This document shows, piece by piece, positions 10,843 through 24,400 of a DNA stretch of 64,000 nt. Location of the stretch: assembly GCF_001194135.2 (NCBI RefSeq), contig NC_068982.1, forward strand, positions 123,183,857 to 123,247,856, read 5' to 3'. Every line of letters starts with the position of its first letter. The stretch's first letter is position 1. A program made the position numbers and the translations under genes. Under the pieces are notes generated by a model. It was not told the DNA's origin. It saw only the letters and a list, made by a program, of their open reading frames with translations, and did no database searches. The DNA is from Octopus bimaculoides. Its lineage: Eukaryota.

Positions 10843-11984
10843 GAAAAGAGGATAGGAAAGGGTTTATGAAGGAAAACTATTTAATATGTACTTAGGGTTT
10901 CTAATGCTTATTGCTATGGAGAATTTAGATTTAGAGCTCAACCTCCATGCTGTCTGCCATAATTTTTCATTTTTCAATGCACAGAGCATCCCTTGTGTTG
11001 TTGGGTTGCTTGTAATTTGAAACTGTAGTATTTTAAATTTTAATTGGGTGACCAGGCGGTAAGCTAATATTTTAGAGTAATGCATTTTACAGTCTTTGTG
11101 GGTACATTTAGACACAGAACATATTACTATTCAAATCTATAAAGCAACAAAATAATTATATACACCACTATGTGCATTTGTACGATACATTTTGATATAC
11201 CTAAATTAGTGTTAACTTATTTAATGCAGGAAGCTTCAAAATCATTATTTAAATTATTTTGTCAAGGATGGGAGTCAACTCAGGACATGTTTTGATCTTA
11301 TGTCTTCCTCAGCAAAGAATGATTATCTGGAGTTGTTAATCTAATATTGTCTTCCTTTTCATCACAAGATGATTATTTTCTTGTTAGCTTTTTTTTGCTG
11401 TTCCTGCATTAAAAATGTTATTAGTTCAACTACTGTTTTAATCCGAAGGATACTTGGATAATTATTTCTTTATACTAGTATAAATTAGTTGGTTAGTAAA
11501 GATTGTGTATTTGCACTGAAGCTGGTATATGTGTAATGGATTGCTATTTCCACTAACAATTTAAATGAGGAGATGGTGGTTATCTTTAGTTATATATCAG
11601 GTCAAGTCTACTAGTCTAATATATCAAGCCACTAAGTTTCTCTTCAAATCATTTATATTTCTGATATTTACTGTTATTTCACTCTATCATTAACATCATT
11701 GGCATCTGTTGACTTTGAGAATTTGTTTCCATTGAATTTGTGTTCTAAGATGGTTGTATTAGCCTATTTCTTTTACCTGAAAGAATGCTGACAATGAGGA
11801 CTTAAGAATTACAACTGGGTCAAAGAATCTTCATTGTTCCAAAGGAATCCTTCAGTCAGTGTGTCCTTCTGTTAGTATTTTTTATTAATCCTGCTTAAAA
11901 AAAAAAAAAAAAAATCCTGCATCATACTGCTTTCTCCAGAGTGAACAATCAGATGCTTCAAATAGTCCACAAAGAAATATCAAG

Positions 11985-12090
11985 TAGCAGAAATGGTTCC
12001 AACTCTGTGCTCTGAGTTCAAATCTTACCAATGTCAACATTGCCTTTCATCTTTTCAGGGACGATAAAAACCTGTCCAGTACTGGGTTCT
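11985..12090 (+). mobile_element. Degenerate SINE with MetaSINE-like core
   Basis: ctgagttcaaatcttaccaatgtcaacattgcctttcatcttttcagggacgataaaa; homologous to 23338-23532. Confidence 0.55.
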
Positions 12091-12279
12091 ACTTAACTCC
12101 CTCTCTCTCCCTCTTTCTATATCTCTTTCTTTCTCTCTGAACTGTACCTGTAATTCAAATGTCTTTCCTTGTCACATAGTGTCACACTAATTAAACCTGA
12201 GAATTGCATGAAAAGTACATGTTGTTAGTGCTACTTAGCATCATCATAATGTTCACTTTGTCATACTTGTTATTTTCTA

Positions 12280-12461
12280 CAGGCAAGTGCCTTTGCTGTT
12301 GTCAACACTTAGCTGTTTCAAGCAAGTTAATGTTTACCTATGGCCATACATGTTTTTGCAGAATATTGGAAATGGATGACCCTGCTTGTTTGACAGTGAC
12401 ACTTGTTTACAACTGTGAAATGATATCAAGATAAGGAGATATAAATACAAACACTTACACG

Positions 12462-12519
<58 letters not shown>

Positions 12520-12666
12520 GTCTTCTTTAAGTTTCCATCTACCAAATCCATTCACAAGGTTTTGGTCAGCCTGGATTTTGTAGAAGACCCTTGCTCAAGG
12601 TGCCACAAAATGGTACTGAGCCTGAAACCATGTGACTGGGAAGAAAACTTCTCAACCACATTGCCA
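12280..12666 (-). mobile_element. tRNA-derived SINE with internal (CA)n
   Basis: Reverse complement of the same SINE family (tttccatctaccaaatccattcacaagg...cttctcaaccaca). Confidence 0.75.
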
Positions 12667-13069
12667 TTCAGTTGGTTGAGCTAAGACACAGGAAATTTGT
12701 GTTGGTGAGATAAATATGCATCAGCAAAGTTTGATTATTTTCAAACTGTAATCATAGAAACAGGAAAGGTGTATTATATGATTATTTATATTTGAAATAG
12801 TAAGTCTCAATGAAGACAACCTTTTAAGACATAAAGATAATATGAAATGAAAGGCAAAGACTGCACTTGAGCTGGAAATTGTCCACTTGTCTGACGGAGC
12901 CATCTTTGGAAATAATTCTGTTCAATTTCCTGCAAATAGAAGGGCTCTGTATTTCAATTATCTGCCAAAGCACAAGAGAAATCTAAATCAAACTCTCTTG
13001 ACATCCAAGTAGTTAGGATTGATTCTCAATAAAGCTGAATGGTATAATGGTCTCCATCTATTAAAAATG

Positions 13070-13350
13070 GTTTGCTCAGTGTAGCCCTTGAAATAGTGTT
13101 ATCAGTTCAAATATTTCATCAAAAATGTCCAAATGTTTCTTTTCCCTAGTCATAGTTTTTGTTTAGCTCCAGGCCACTTTTGGTCAAGTAGGCCTATGAT
13201 CAAAGTTATTCCAGTTATGACCATCCCATTTTTTAGAGCCATGTTGGATTATATTACCTAATAAGTTCTGTTCTCATTTATAATGATAGAATGTACTGTG
13301 AAGGAAATTTGACTGCTATTTTTGGCAGGACAAGTAACCATGCAGAAGTT
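13070..13350 (+). repeat. Unclassified interspersed repeat; other copies at ~31345-31475 (-) and ~39230-39365 (-)
   Basis: Shared blocks tttagc.ccagg.ca...ggcctatgatcaaag..attccag..atgaccatccc and gatttg.ctgctattt.t.gcagga recur in the other copies. Confidence 0.55.
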
Positions 13351-15339
13351 TACTTTTTTTGCCTTAGCACAGTTTTCAATTTTATTACTTTCTTATAAAC
13401 ATTTTTTGTATTCTTTTTTTTAATTCTTGTTCTGAAAATGTTCCCATAAGTATTTTGCCACTGGATATCTTTGTTTTCCTCAACTATGAGATGTTAATCT
13501 TCACTACTTCAAGGCTTAGTAAAGTATAAGCTTTTTGTTTATTAGGCACTTATTTGTCAAACCCACTTTACTAGATGATTAATTCTGAATATTCACATAG
13601 GTGCATGCAATGTAACAGAGAAGATTTATGGGTTTGACTGCACCAAAGCCAAATAAGATCAACTAGGTTGAAATCATGATCTTTTGGTTATTAGATCTGT
13701 GCTCTAACTAGGAGCACATTATTTTAATGCAAGATAATTTATTTTTTTTATATCAAATTGATGTTTGGTTCTATTTCTTTGTTGGTTCATGTTAATACAA
13801 CCCATTACTGGCCTATTACTTCTAGTGACTATTCTGTTATTTTTAACTTCAAATGTAATTATTATTTATGAATTCAACTTTTAATATTTGAAAGCATTCC
13901 AAAATTTCCCAATTTTATCAATTTTTTAAAAAATACATATAGGGAGTGTAAGATATTTTGTAATGGAATTTCACGAAACCATCGTCCCTTTTAAGATCCC
14001 AGTATGCAGATCTTTTATGTCATTTAATAATGTGGTTAAACTCTTTTGTTATGAATTACTAAGTTTTCTGGAAATGAAGAAATTATTAATGAATCCTTTC
14101 AGTGACATGTGAATGAATAAATGAAAAGGGAGTGACAAATATTATGTTCACTAGAGCAGGGACAGGTGCATTGTTGTTTGGAATGCTTTGAATTTGTTGG
14201 CACAATGAAACACTAATATGAAATGCAGTATTATTGAATGATTTCATATTTGTTATTCTATGAGATTATTTCTGTGTATGATGGTTGCATGGTGAGAAAA
14301 ATAAATGTAAAACAAATGTCATTGCTTGGTGGTCTGGCCATGTTATAAGTGAAGACAAGTCTCAGAAAATTCCCAATTCTCTTCTTTACAACACTTTGTT
14401 ATTTTCTTCTATACATGATAACTATTATTAATAATTTCATTAAATATTAATCATAGATTGAACAATGAGAGAAACTAGTAGAGCAGTTATTTTTTTCCAT
14501 TTTCTTTTTTCTTTCCCTTTTATTTGTTTCGGTAAAGACATTTTTTTATTTAAATTATATTTCTTTAAATTATCATTTTGTTTTTATGATTATTTTGTAT
14601 TTTCTCTTGTGTATCAAACTTCAAGCATAATCGAGGTTAGCTACTTTATAATTCAAGCCATTCTGGCAACATTGTCAACTCTTAGATTTATTTATGGAAA
14701 CATATTCAACAGACTTGGATATTTTAGTGGTGATTCATCAACATTTTGATATATAATACATCAATCAGAAAAATGTTAAGCATTGATGGTATGTGATTCT
14801 CTTTATTAGAATAATTCCATTTTCAAACCACTAGACATACTGATATATTGTCATATATTAACTAATATTTGTTGACAATAGAAATTAAATTGCTTTGTTT
14901 ATTTGTTGCCTTCTGTGATCTACAAGACATTCTTGAATATGCTTAAAATGTCTATTAAAAGCAAATGCTTGAAAACCAGAATTATATGTCTATAAATAAG
15001 AAAATTTCCATGTCACTTTTTTTTAATGTCTGGTTTTTCACATTTCTCGTATGAAGCAGGTTTTGTCATATTTATAAAGAAATCCAGTTCAGATGTTAGA
15101 GTATGAATTATTAAAGGTTTTATTTTATGGTTATATTTCTCATAAAAAGAATAAGCATCGAGGAAAAGACCTTTTACAGTGATTATTTCTGATATATATA
15201 TTTTCAAGATACTTTGCCTTTCCCCTTTTTATGAACAAAAATGTAATATCGAAGAAATTTCGAATTTAATTTTGTCTATGAAAATAGGTTTAAAAAAATT
15301 AAATTATATGTTATATATATATATATTTGTAAAACTTTT

Positions 15340-16273
15340 CACACACCCTACCCCAACAAACCAAATTACATCTCTACATCTCTTCCTCACATTTCCTTCT
15401 TTATGCACTATGCTTAACTCTCACTCCCCAATCCCATCCTCGTGGCCCTGTTTCTCTGTATCAATCTTATCCAGTAGATCCCCCCCCCATACTCTATATA
15501 CTCAGGTTTTCACCACTCAATGCATTCCCATCCCTACTCTCTAATCACACTCCTTTAGCAATGTTTTGCCACTTATATTATGACCTTTGAACCTCAAGGA
15601 TATGCCCTGGCACTTGCCACCATCTATATATCTTTCTTCCTTTACTCGACCGTCCCATGTGAGTATGCCTGGCACTTTACCACCATCTCACTCCTGTTCT
15701 CTCCCTCTCCTTCTCCTGCACTTCCCTCAGGTTGGGTAACCAGGTATCTCCTTTACAGCAGCACACCTGTTTCTGTCCTCATTCTTGATCTCTGTCTGTC
15801 TGTCTGTTTCTCTCTCTCTCTCTCTCTAGTCAGGTAACCTTGTACCACATGTACAACAAGACACCTGTTTCTTTCTCACTGTAACCTTTCATCATCTAAT
15901 ACAAGATCACCTCATCCAATGCCCCCTCCCCTCTCAAGAGATTTTTGTCTTGCAAATTACCTGGTGACGCTGTCAGTGCAGGTGCCACTTAAAAAGTATC
16001 CACTCCACGCTGTAAAGTGGTTGGCATTTGGAAAGGCATCAAGCTGTAAAAAAATTTGCCAAATCTGACCTTGCCTGTGCTTGTGCCACGTAAAAAGCAC
16101 TCAGTCCACTCTGCTGGGTGGTTGGTGTTAGGAAGGGCATCCAGCTGTAAAAATCCTACCAAAACGGACACAGGAGTTTGGTGCAGACTTCTGCTTGGTT
16201 GGATCCTGTCAAATATTCTCCCCCAATCCAGCATGGAAGCTAGACATTAAACGATGATGAAGATGATGGTGAT
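15340..16273 (+). mobile_element. RTE LINE 3' UTR with doubled terminal segment and (GAT)n tail
   Basis: CT-rich UTR, then two copies of gtgccac.taaaaag.a...gtggttgg..tt.ggaa.ggcatc.agctgtaaaaa, ending ccagcatggaag..gacattaaacgatgatg. Confidence 0.7.
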
Positions 16274-16274
16274 T

Positions 16275-16519
16275 CATTTTAGTACCCACTTTTCCATGCT
16301 TGCATGGATCAGATGGAATCTATTAAGGCAGATTTGCTATAGCCAAATGCTCTTTCCATCACCAATCCTCACCTATTTCCAAGCAAGGTAATATTTCCAT
16401 GGCCAGACATATTTTTGCTGAATATTGGAAATGAATGATACTAATTGTATGACAGTGACACTTATTTACAACTATCACAAGATGTCAAGATAAGGTGACA
16501 CAAACGCATGCGCGCGCAT

Positions 16520-16588
<69 letters not shown>

Positions 16589-16720
16589 GTGCTTCTTTCA
16601 GTTTCTGTATACCACATCCACTCACAAGGCTTTGTTTTGTTAGCCTAGGGCTTTAGTAGAAAATGTTTTACCCATGACTGTGTAGTTGGGAAGCAAACTT
16701 CTTAACCACATGGCTGTACC
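16275..16720 (-). mobile_element. tRNA-derived SINE with internal (CA)n
   Basis: Same family as 12280-12666; lies tail-to-tail with the preceding RTE end. Confidence 0.78.
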
Positions 16721-19533
16721 TAACCCCACAAATTCACATCCTAAATTAATCATGATAAAGCTTGTGCTCAGAACCGTCCAATTTCAGATTATCAGGCTTG
16801 CATTCAGTTTTGGACATGTGAATTCTGAATTTATAAATTGCTGTAGGTGTTTCTTGAACAAGGTCGTTATCTCTCAAATTGGCAAGCATTCAAACCCCAC
16901 CTTATTGTTTGTAATTATTGTTCTTGTTTATGACATTCATATTGGCATGGGTCCTTTAGTTTGTTTTAGTCAACATGGGTAAGGCTTTGATGAAGTGTTA
17001 CCTTCATCAAGATCATATACTTATATTTTGGTAACTCAATACTTGTAGGCATTTATTTGATCACTACTTTTTCTGCCACACCACTACCTTCTTTATGGCA
17101 AATAATGATTTCGTAAGAGATACAAGGTCATGTATTTTGGGGGCTGAATGTAAAGGGGTATTACTAAATATGGCAAGATATTTTTCCCAATATTTAACTA
17201 ATTTCTGTCATCTACATCCCTTTCTATGATAAATAAGGAAGACTGTGTTTTTGTACTTTTAATGTTTAATTAAGCTCAATTAAGCCTTAGGCAAAATGAC
17301 AACTTTTTAAATTCACTTTAGTATAATTACTTACAAAATATTTAATTTAGAAGTAGTGTTTGAATTGGCTGTGTAAAAGAAATCTGGATTTGTTTACAAT
17401 TTAAGAATGAATATTTATTATTGGTGTATAGACATTGCTTGTAGTCCTTTAACATATACTTCTTGCTTTATAGTGTAATTGCACATTCAAAACAGTTTGT
17501 GATTGTTAGATAAAAGCCAGTCTTTATACAAATTAATGTAATATATGAAAATATTTTCATAACAAGTTTATGTTCAGTTATCTCTTGATTTTCTCTTGGT
17601 TGACATTAGGAGTCATTCCTATGCAATATCTTGTATCAGTTAAAAATTCAAATAGTGTTGTCAGTTTAGTGGATTTTTATTTTTACATAAGATTTCTCCC
17701 CATAGATTAATAGTTTCTGTAAAATTACTTTGTTGACAGTATTTTACATATATTTATTAATTTCAATTTACAGAGTCGCCATTAGTAACTTCATTAGGGA
17801 AGCATCACATTTAAGTAATAGTATAATACATTCTAATACTATATCTATTCATTCTTAATGTTCTGGGAGATTCCAATGTCGATATCTAATCACTGCTGTC
17901 TTTTTTTATCACCAGTAAACCACTCCTTCTTTTAGGCAATGTTTGTTCATAATACATATGATTCACTGGTTCACTGCTGTACAGGGACTTTGAGACACAG
18001 CAGTGTTTTGACCTTTTAGTGCATCTCTTTAGTTGCAGTAACTTCATGACCAGACAAATGAATTCCACAAGAGCATGAGCTCTTGTTTATAGGAATCAGC
18101 AGACAAAGTATTTGCTAATGTGTGTAAATGTCTGAACTATAACGTACCTATTCATTCTTAATACATTCTGGTAGATTTGAGCATGAATATCTTATCACTG
18201 TTGTTTTTCACCAGAGGAAAACATCTCCTCCCTTTAGGTGGTGTGTATTCACAACATATGATTCACCAGCATAAGGGGCGATACATTCCTGATGGCAAAA
18301 ATGAAACCTATGGTTACTAGTTTCACCACATTAATCCCTCTCTCTCTCACTGCATTGAGTGCATCCCATCAGCATACAGGTCAACTATTTTTATTTTTAC
18401 TTCAATTTTTTTTTTGCAATAATTTTCTTTTACACATATTCTTATTTCCTTTTGGCTAACAGTGTATATTCTCAAACTGTTTTGTTAATCCCCTTTCAAG
18501 GAAAGACTTTACTTTTCTCATTCATTCTACTTATCTTTTGGGTTACCTATAATCTTGCTTCTTTGAAACTGATATGTTTTTTTTTTTTCTTGTTCTTATG
18601 AAAGACTGATTTCATCTTTCATTAACTCTAATTCTACCTTACATTTTCTCCCCTCCTATGTTCCAAAAATGTAGGTTGTACCTCTTAATCTGAGAACCAC
18701 TACCTGGCTGCTTTTCATTGCCTTCAACTTATTTCATTTTGTCACTAAGTTTTATTTGGTTAACCTGAGAAAACTTACTATACTACGATTAAGGTTTTTA
18801 AATTTCTGATCAAGCATTTCAGCTCTTGCTACAAATATTGTGTAACCTTATTAATGAAATCAAGGTACCAATAGCATTTTTACATTAAAATGTGATTCCA
18901 CATAGATAAGCAAAGGATGAATAAAATAATATTGATGATATGTAGTTGATTCTTTGATTAATACAGTAAACCTTTTGATTTAATTATGAAGTGAGTTTGA
19001 GCAAATGTAAACTATACTCTCAATTTTTTGTCTTCAATCTTTAGTTAGTTCAAAATTTTGGCTGTTTATGAAAATGCAAATCAGCCTAAGACCTTCATTA
19101 ATTTTTAGATCTTTTTCACTTTAGTCATGTTGCTCAGTTTTCTTTTCAGCCATATTTTTCTCTCATCTTGATTCTATCTTGACAAACTCTTTCATCCTAG
19201 CTCTTGGTTCTACTATCTGCTATTCCTTTAGATCAGTCTTTGGCCCATGATCTTTATTTGAATCCAAATTACCTCTGTACTCCCTACACTTCACAGATGC
19301 TTTTAGTTATAACAAGCTACTTTACTATTTGCAATGTATATTAACCAAGGTTGAATCACAAAAACAGTCTTTCTATTAGCTTACAAAAATAACTGTTTCC
19401 TTGCAGATGAAATTGTATATTAGCAAAAAAAATTCTATAAATACATAAAGCTATAAAGACTTCCACGAATTAAATTTATTTTAAAAAGTCTTAAAAACAA
19501 AATAAATAGTAACAAAATAATATGAATCTTTAT

Positions 19534-20270
19534 TCAGTATGAGCCGTGTGGTTGATCTAAACTTTGAAGTGTTTCAGTAGCTAGCTACAGTGTTAATGAC
19601 AGTTGGAGATTATTTCTTATAATCTTAGCTTCTCATAGTAGGTAAGTCTACCTTCCTCAGTTTCAACAAGGTAAGAAGTGGTAAAAGCAATAACATACAA
19701 CTTTTCTTTTAGAGAAGTGGTAACTTCCTATCAGTTTCCCTGCTTTTCTATTAATTATGTTTGCCAAGTTTGAATCTAACTCCGTAACTCAATGACGCTT
19801 CCCTGTAATGTTATGTCAACACAAGTTGCGTTTATCCAAATGGCTCCACTGTTCATCCAGGAATGTTCATCAACAAGTTGCTGAACAAAATTTCTATATC
19901 AATGTACAAATGCTTGAAATACCCAACATAGAGAAAAAGATTATTATCTGATAGTTAAGTGTGAATGGTATCTAGTGCTGGAAACTACATTCACTCATGG
20001 CATCCTGTATTATTAACTCTGAAAAGCTTGAGTTTTTCAATGAAAGCAGTAATAGCTTCTTTACAAGATATATAATTACAGTTTTCTCCTTGTAATTGTT
20101 TGTTCTGCAAATCAAGCTTTTGAAATATATGTGAGAGAAAATGTTTCACATCTAGTGGCAACCAACTGTTCATGAAGCTGCTTACTATTCAGAAGTGCTA
20201 CTATACTGTTCTAAAGTGTTACTAAGTGGTGAAGTCAATTACAATGATCCTTGCTCAGAAGTCAACAGTG
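19534..20270 (-). mobile_element. Fossil hAT (Charlie/Buster-like) transposase C-terminal region
   Basis: Minus-strand peptides FLSHIFQKLDLQNKQLQGENCNYISCKEAITAFIEKLKLF, LYVIAFTTSYLVET and terminal QPHGSY* resemble the hAT YLSDIF..LN..LQG, FPTSYLVE and HQ.QGSH* motifs. Multiple stops and frameshifts. Confidence 0.8.
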
Positions 20271-20704
20271 AATTTTTTTTTTTTTTAGTATGCTACAAAT
20301 TGGATTTGCATTTCGTGTTTTTGAGCAAATGGTCTCACATCTGAAAATGCTGCCGTACATGTGACACCTTGGTTTTGTAATATCATCTGGTCATGGAAAA
20401 AAAAAATTGCATAGGTCAGATATTCTGTGGAATATTGCTGACATTTTTTTTCTCCTTGTCTGTAAAAGCAAGGAAAATATGAAAATGAACAAACAAAACT
20501 CTAAGATTACTAATCCATTTAAATCATTAAGAATATAACAATGAAAGTATGTTAGTGGTTAACCCTTTACTATTTAAACTGACTATATCCAGCTCAAATA
20601 TTCTAACAGTTTTATGTTCAAATGGACCAGACCCAGCCTCTCATATCTACCCTACAATGTCATCTTAAAAATAATCATATATCAAAATCTCAAATTTATG
20701 AGAT

Positions 20705-22397
20705 ATCATCATTGAATGTCTGTTGTCCATGCTGGCATGGGTTGGACAGTTTGACCAGAGCTGGCAAGCTGGGGAGCTGCACCAGACTCCGATCTGATTT
20801 GGCATGGTCTCTACAGCTGGATGCCCTTCTTAATGCCAACCACTTTACAGAGTGTGCTGGGTGCTTTGTTATGTGACACCACACTGGCACTTTTACATGA
20901 CACTGCATGGGCATTTTTATGTGGCACCTCATGGGAGCATTTACATGGCACCACACGAGTGTTTTTACATGGCACTGCACAGACATTTTTGTGTGGTGTC
21001 ACACGAGTGCGTTTGCATGGCACTGCACAGGCACTTTTATGTGACATCACCACAGGTGCTTTTCACCACCAGAGGGATTGGTCTTAACACTACTGTGGAG
21101 TATAGATCTTCTTGAATACAGCAAGGCATCTCAGTCCTTTGTCATCTTACCTGATAGGTTCAGCATCCTGAGGTCGTTTTTCAGTTTTTCATCCCATGTC
21201 TTCTTGGGTCTCTCATTTCTACATGTTCCATCGACCGTGAAAGATTGGCACTTCTTTATGGAGCTGTTGGCACCCATCCATATCACAGGACCAAACCAGT
21301 GCAGTCTTCTCTCCTGGCCACAGCAACTAATTTCTCTTATGCCTAATTTCTTTCTCAAAACACTAGCACTCTGTCGAACATGTACACTTATGTTACATAT
21401 CCAGTGGAGTGTACTAGTCTCATTCTTTCCAGCCTTTGCATGTCCTCTGCATTCAGGGCCCACATCTCACTACCATGTAGAATTGCTGTCCATATACATG
21501 CTTCATACAACCCTCCTTTCACTCAGAGAGAGAAACCTTAGTGGCCAACAGAGGTAACAGCTATAAATTTCCTCCATCCTATTCTTATTCAAGCTACCAC
21601 ATTCTCTGTGCATCCTCCCCTGCTAATAACTTGGTCCCAGAGGTAGCAGAAATTATATAGAACCTCTAATGAGCCACCTGGGCATTTGAGAGAATCAATT
21701 TCCCAATCTCTAAAGTTTTTATGGATCCTGTGCATCTTCCACATAAAAACTATCTTCTCTGATAACCTTCCTATTAATCCACTGCATTTTTTGTGTGTCC
21801 ATAGCTTATACTGGGTACACTGTATGGAGTTCCTGTCTACACCTTTCCTACAAATCAAACAGGGCCACCTACCTGAGTGGGGTAGGGTTTTGTCAGTTTT
21901 CTTGCTTACTAGAACCTTAATCTTTGCTACTTTAACTTTAAGACTTTTAGATTACAGGTTTTGCTTCCACACTTGGAATTTCTCTTCTAGCTCTGATATA
22001 GAATCTGTTACAAAGGCAAGATCATCAGCATATAGTAGTTCCCAGGGGCTGTTTGTCTTGAATTCCTCTGTTATGGCCTGGGAGGACAATGATGAAAAGA
22101 AGGGAACTGAGGACTGAGTATTGATGAACCCCTACCTGTACACCAAATATTTTGCTGTACTCATTAACTCTCACCTTACTGACGTCTTTATACCTGCCCT
22201 GTACAGCTTTCACCAGCCACTTGTCTATCCCTAGCTTCCTCAGAGCACTGCATCGAAGGCTTTTTCTAGATCAACAAATGCCAAGTATTATGGTTTATTC
22301 TTAGCTAAGTACTTCTCTTGCAGTTGCCTGACTATGAAAATAGTGACAGTAGTGCTTCTTCCCCAGACAAAGCTGGTCTGCATTTTTTCTAACCTTA
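20705..22397 (-). mobile_element. 5'-truncated RTE LINE (RT, PHD-like finger, C-terminus, 3' UTR, tail), pseudogenised
   Basis: Minus-strand fragments IFIVRQLQEKYLAKNK..YLAFVDLEKAFD, VGVHQYSVLSSLLFIIVL, CRKGVDRNSIQCTQYKLWTHKKCS, RRLHWFGPV...GTCRNERPKKTW. Tail at 20705-20713. Confidence 0.92.
20870..21060. repeat. Degenerate ~24-bp minisatellite inside the RTE 3' UTR
   Basis: About eight variants of ttttacatggcaccacacgagtg. Confidence 0.8.
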
Positions 22398-23337
22398 GCA
22401 TTGTAATTGATAGAATACTAAAGGGTTAAATTATTGACGACTAAGAAGTAATTTAGAATTTTAAGTTCAGGATTTTATATACATATATATAAACATTTGT
22501 TGTAGGTTAAACATTGTCATATGTTTTCTTTCTCACACCCATAACACAATTATATCATTTTCATATTGTGAGTCTTATTTTTAAAAAAATGTTTTTGTCT
22601 TTTTCTGAAGAAAGTTTCTGTTGTGCCCTCAATGACTGATACTTGGATATAGCTTATAATCATTGAAAGTTATTGTTCTGGAATGTGTATTCTTTCTAAC
22701 CAACAAACCATCCCATGAAATAACAAATGGAACCATGTTTATTTCATAGTTATATATACATTCTTCAAATACTTGTCTAGTTGTCTGTATTTCTGACTCA
22801 TGTGGGTCTCAAGTTTTTCTATATCAAATTTTATTCATATCTATATCTTCATTTTGATACTAGGTCGTTCATTAAACATTAATTGCTTATTCACCTTATG
22901 AAAAGGTGAAATGAGGATAAAATATTAAAATCAAATCTTTAACAGGAAATAAATTGAAACTAAAAGCTTCTGAATGAAAAGAGGTTAGTGACTAACTGTA
23001 TAGCAACCAGCGTTGCATTGATTTGCTCTTTGGGTGTTACCAAATATCTTCATATAATTGTTAAATGGGCTTAGTTTGTTGAAATAAACAAATGCAGTTG
23101 GCGTGAGGAGTGGGGGTTGGGGGTTCAACATTGTGGTCACAGGCTCTTCAGCTAAGTTTAATAAAGTAATGAATGGTAAGTGAAGTCAAGTGTGTGAAAC
23201 AGTCTGTGGACTGGGTGACAAAAAATTTGTTTTGTCTCAAGGAGTGCCAAATATAATTATAAGATTGGGAGGGGAACAGTCATATCATGATAAATGTTGA
23301 TCAAAAACATAATAATTCACTGGGGTAAGGCCATTAA

Positions 23338-23532
23338 CTTGCAGAATTATTAGCAAGTCGGGCAAAATACTTACCGGTATTTCATCAGTCTTTACGTTCT
23401 GAGTTCAAATTCTGCTGAGTTTGACTTCGCCGTTCATCCTTTTGGAGTCTATAAAATAAGTACTGGGGTTGATGTAATCAACTTAAACACACCCCTGAAG
23501 TTGCTGGCTTTGTGCCAAACTTTGAAACCAAT
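23338..23532 (+). mobile_element. tRNA-derived SINE with MetaSINE-like core
   Basis: B box gagttcaaattc followed by gagtttgacttcgccgttcatccttttggagtctataaaataagtac, resembling the Meta domain (GGTYGACTCAGCCTTCCATCCTTCCGAGGTCGGTAAAATGAGTAC, recalled from memory). Confidence 0.65.
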
Positions 23533-23659
23533 AATTCACTGCTGTAGGCCAGGAATAATTAGGATGTATGATAGTATATTTTGATAAGTAAATCATTGGA
23601 TTTAGAGTGAACTTTAACTAACTTGGTTGAACAAGTTTTCATTGGAGTTGTAGTCTTCC

Positions 23660-24400
23660 AGACAAGTTAAAGGTCCACAGCATCCTCAGACATTGTGGTT
23701 TTCACATGGTTTGTATGTCTGAAATTCTTTCTTTACATTAACTACTTTACAGAGTATACTTGGTGCATTTATTTGCAGCACCATCACTAGAGAGTTTGTC
23801 ATGTCCCCAATAATACTAAAGGAGTTCACTCATCCCCACACTTAAGTGTACTATATGCACCAGTACTTGGGAGGATTGCCATGTCTTTAACAATATTAAA
23901 GGCTGCTGTCAACTGCCATGTCTCCATTTACTTATCATCACTTTTGTAAAGGATTCTGGTTGGAATTATAGTGACTGACACCAACAGAACTAGGTTGCTA
24001 AAGTAAGTTGATCCAAATAGGTGAGAACAGTAGTGATAAGATGGGCAAGAGAGAAGAGTAGGAGTGTGTTGGTAAGAACAATGTAATTGGGATAAGGATA
24101 GTAGAGGTGAGGCAGATGAATGGTAAGAAGTGGCTAAATGGGGGAGTAAATGATAGTTGATACCAAATGAAGTTGTGGTGGGGACAAGGGATAATGGTAG
24201 AATGTGTAGCTACATGCAGATATGATAATGCTTCTTTATGCATATGCCTTGATATAGGCGAGAGGATGAAACTGACTAGGATGGAAAAGGAAGAGATTGA
24301 TCATTGGGGAGATGAGAGAATTGGGCAAGGTTTGGTGAAGGGAAGAGGAGATCTGTTGCTATCCTTAGTCACACTGACTGCACAGTAGTGTGTGAGTGCA
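23660..24400 (-). mobile_element. Degenerate RTE 3' UTR
   Basis: GA-rich tract (reverse of the CT-rich UTR at 15340-15940) plus terminal motif remnants. Boundaries approximate. Confidence 0.5.

Larger units (their letters stand above)
20563..22425. mobile_element. piggyBac-type MITE (TTAA target) split by an RTE insertion
   Basis: TTAA|CCCTTTACTATT at 20559-20574 and AATACTAAAGGG|TTAA at 22414-22429; 12-bp TIRs with one mismatch. Confidence 0.7.

Noticed and set aside
20870-21060. CRISPR-like array
   Set aside because: Eukaryotic context, no unique spacers, no cas genes; it is a minisatellite in a LINE UTR.
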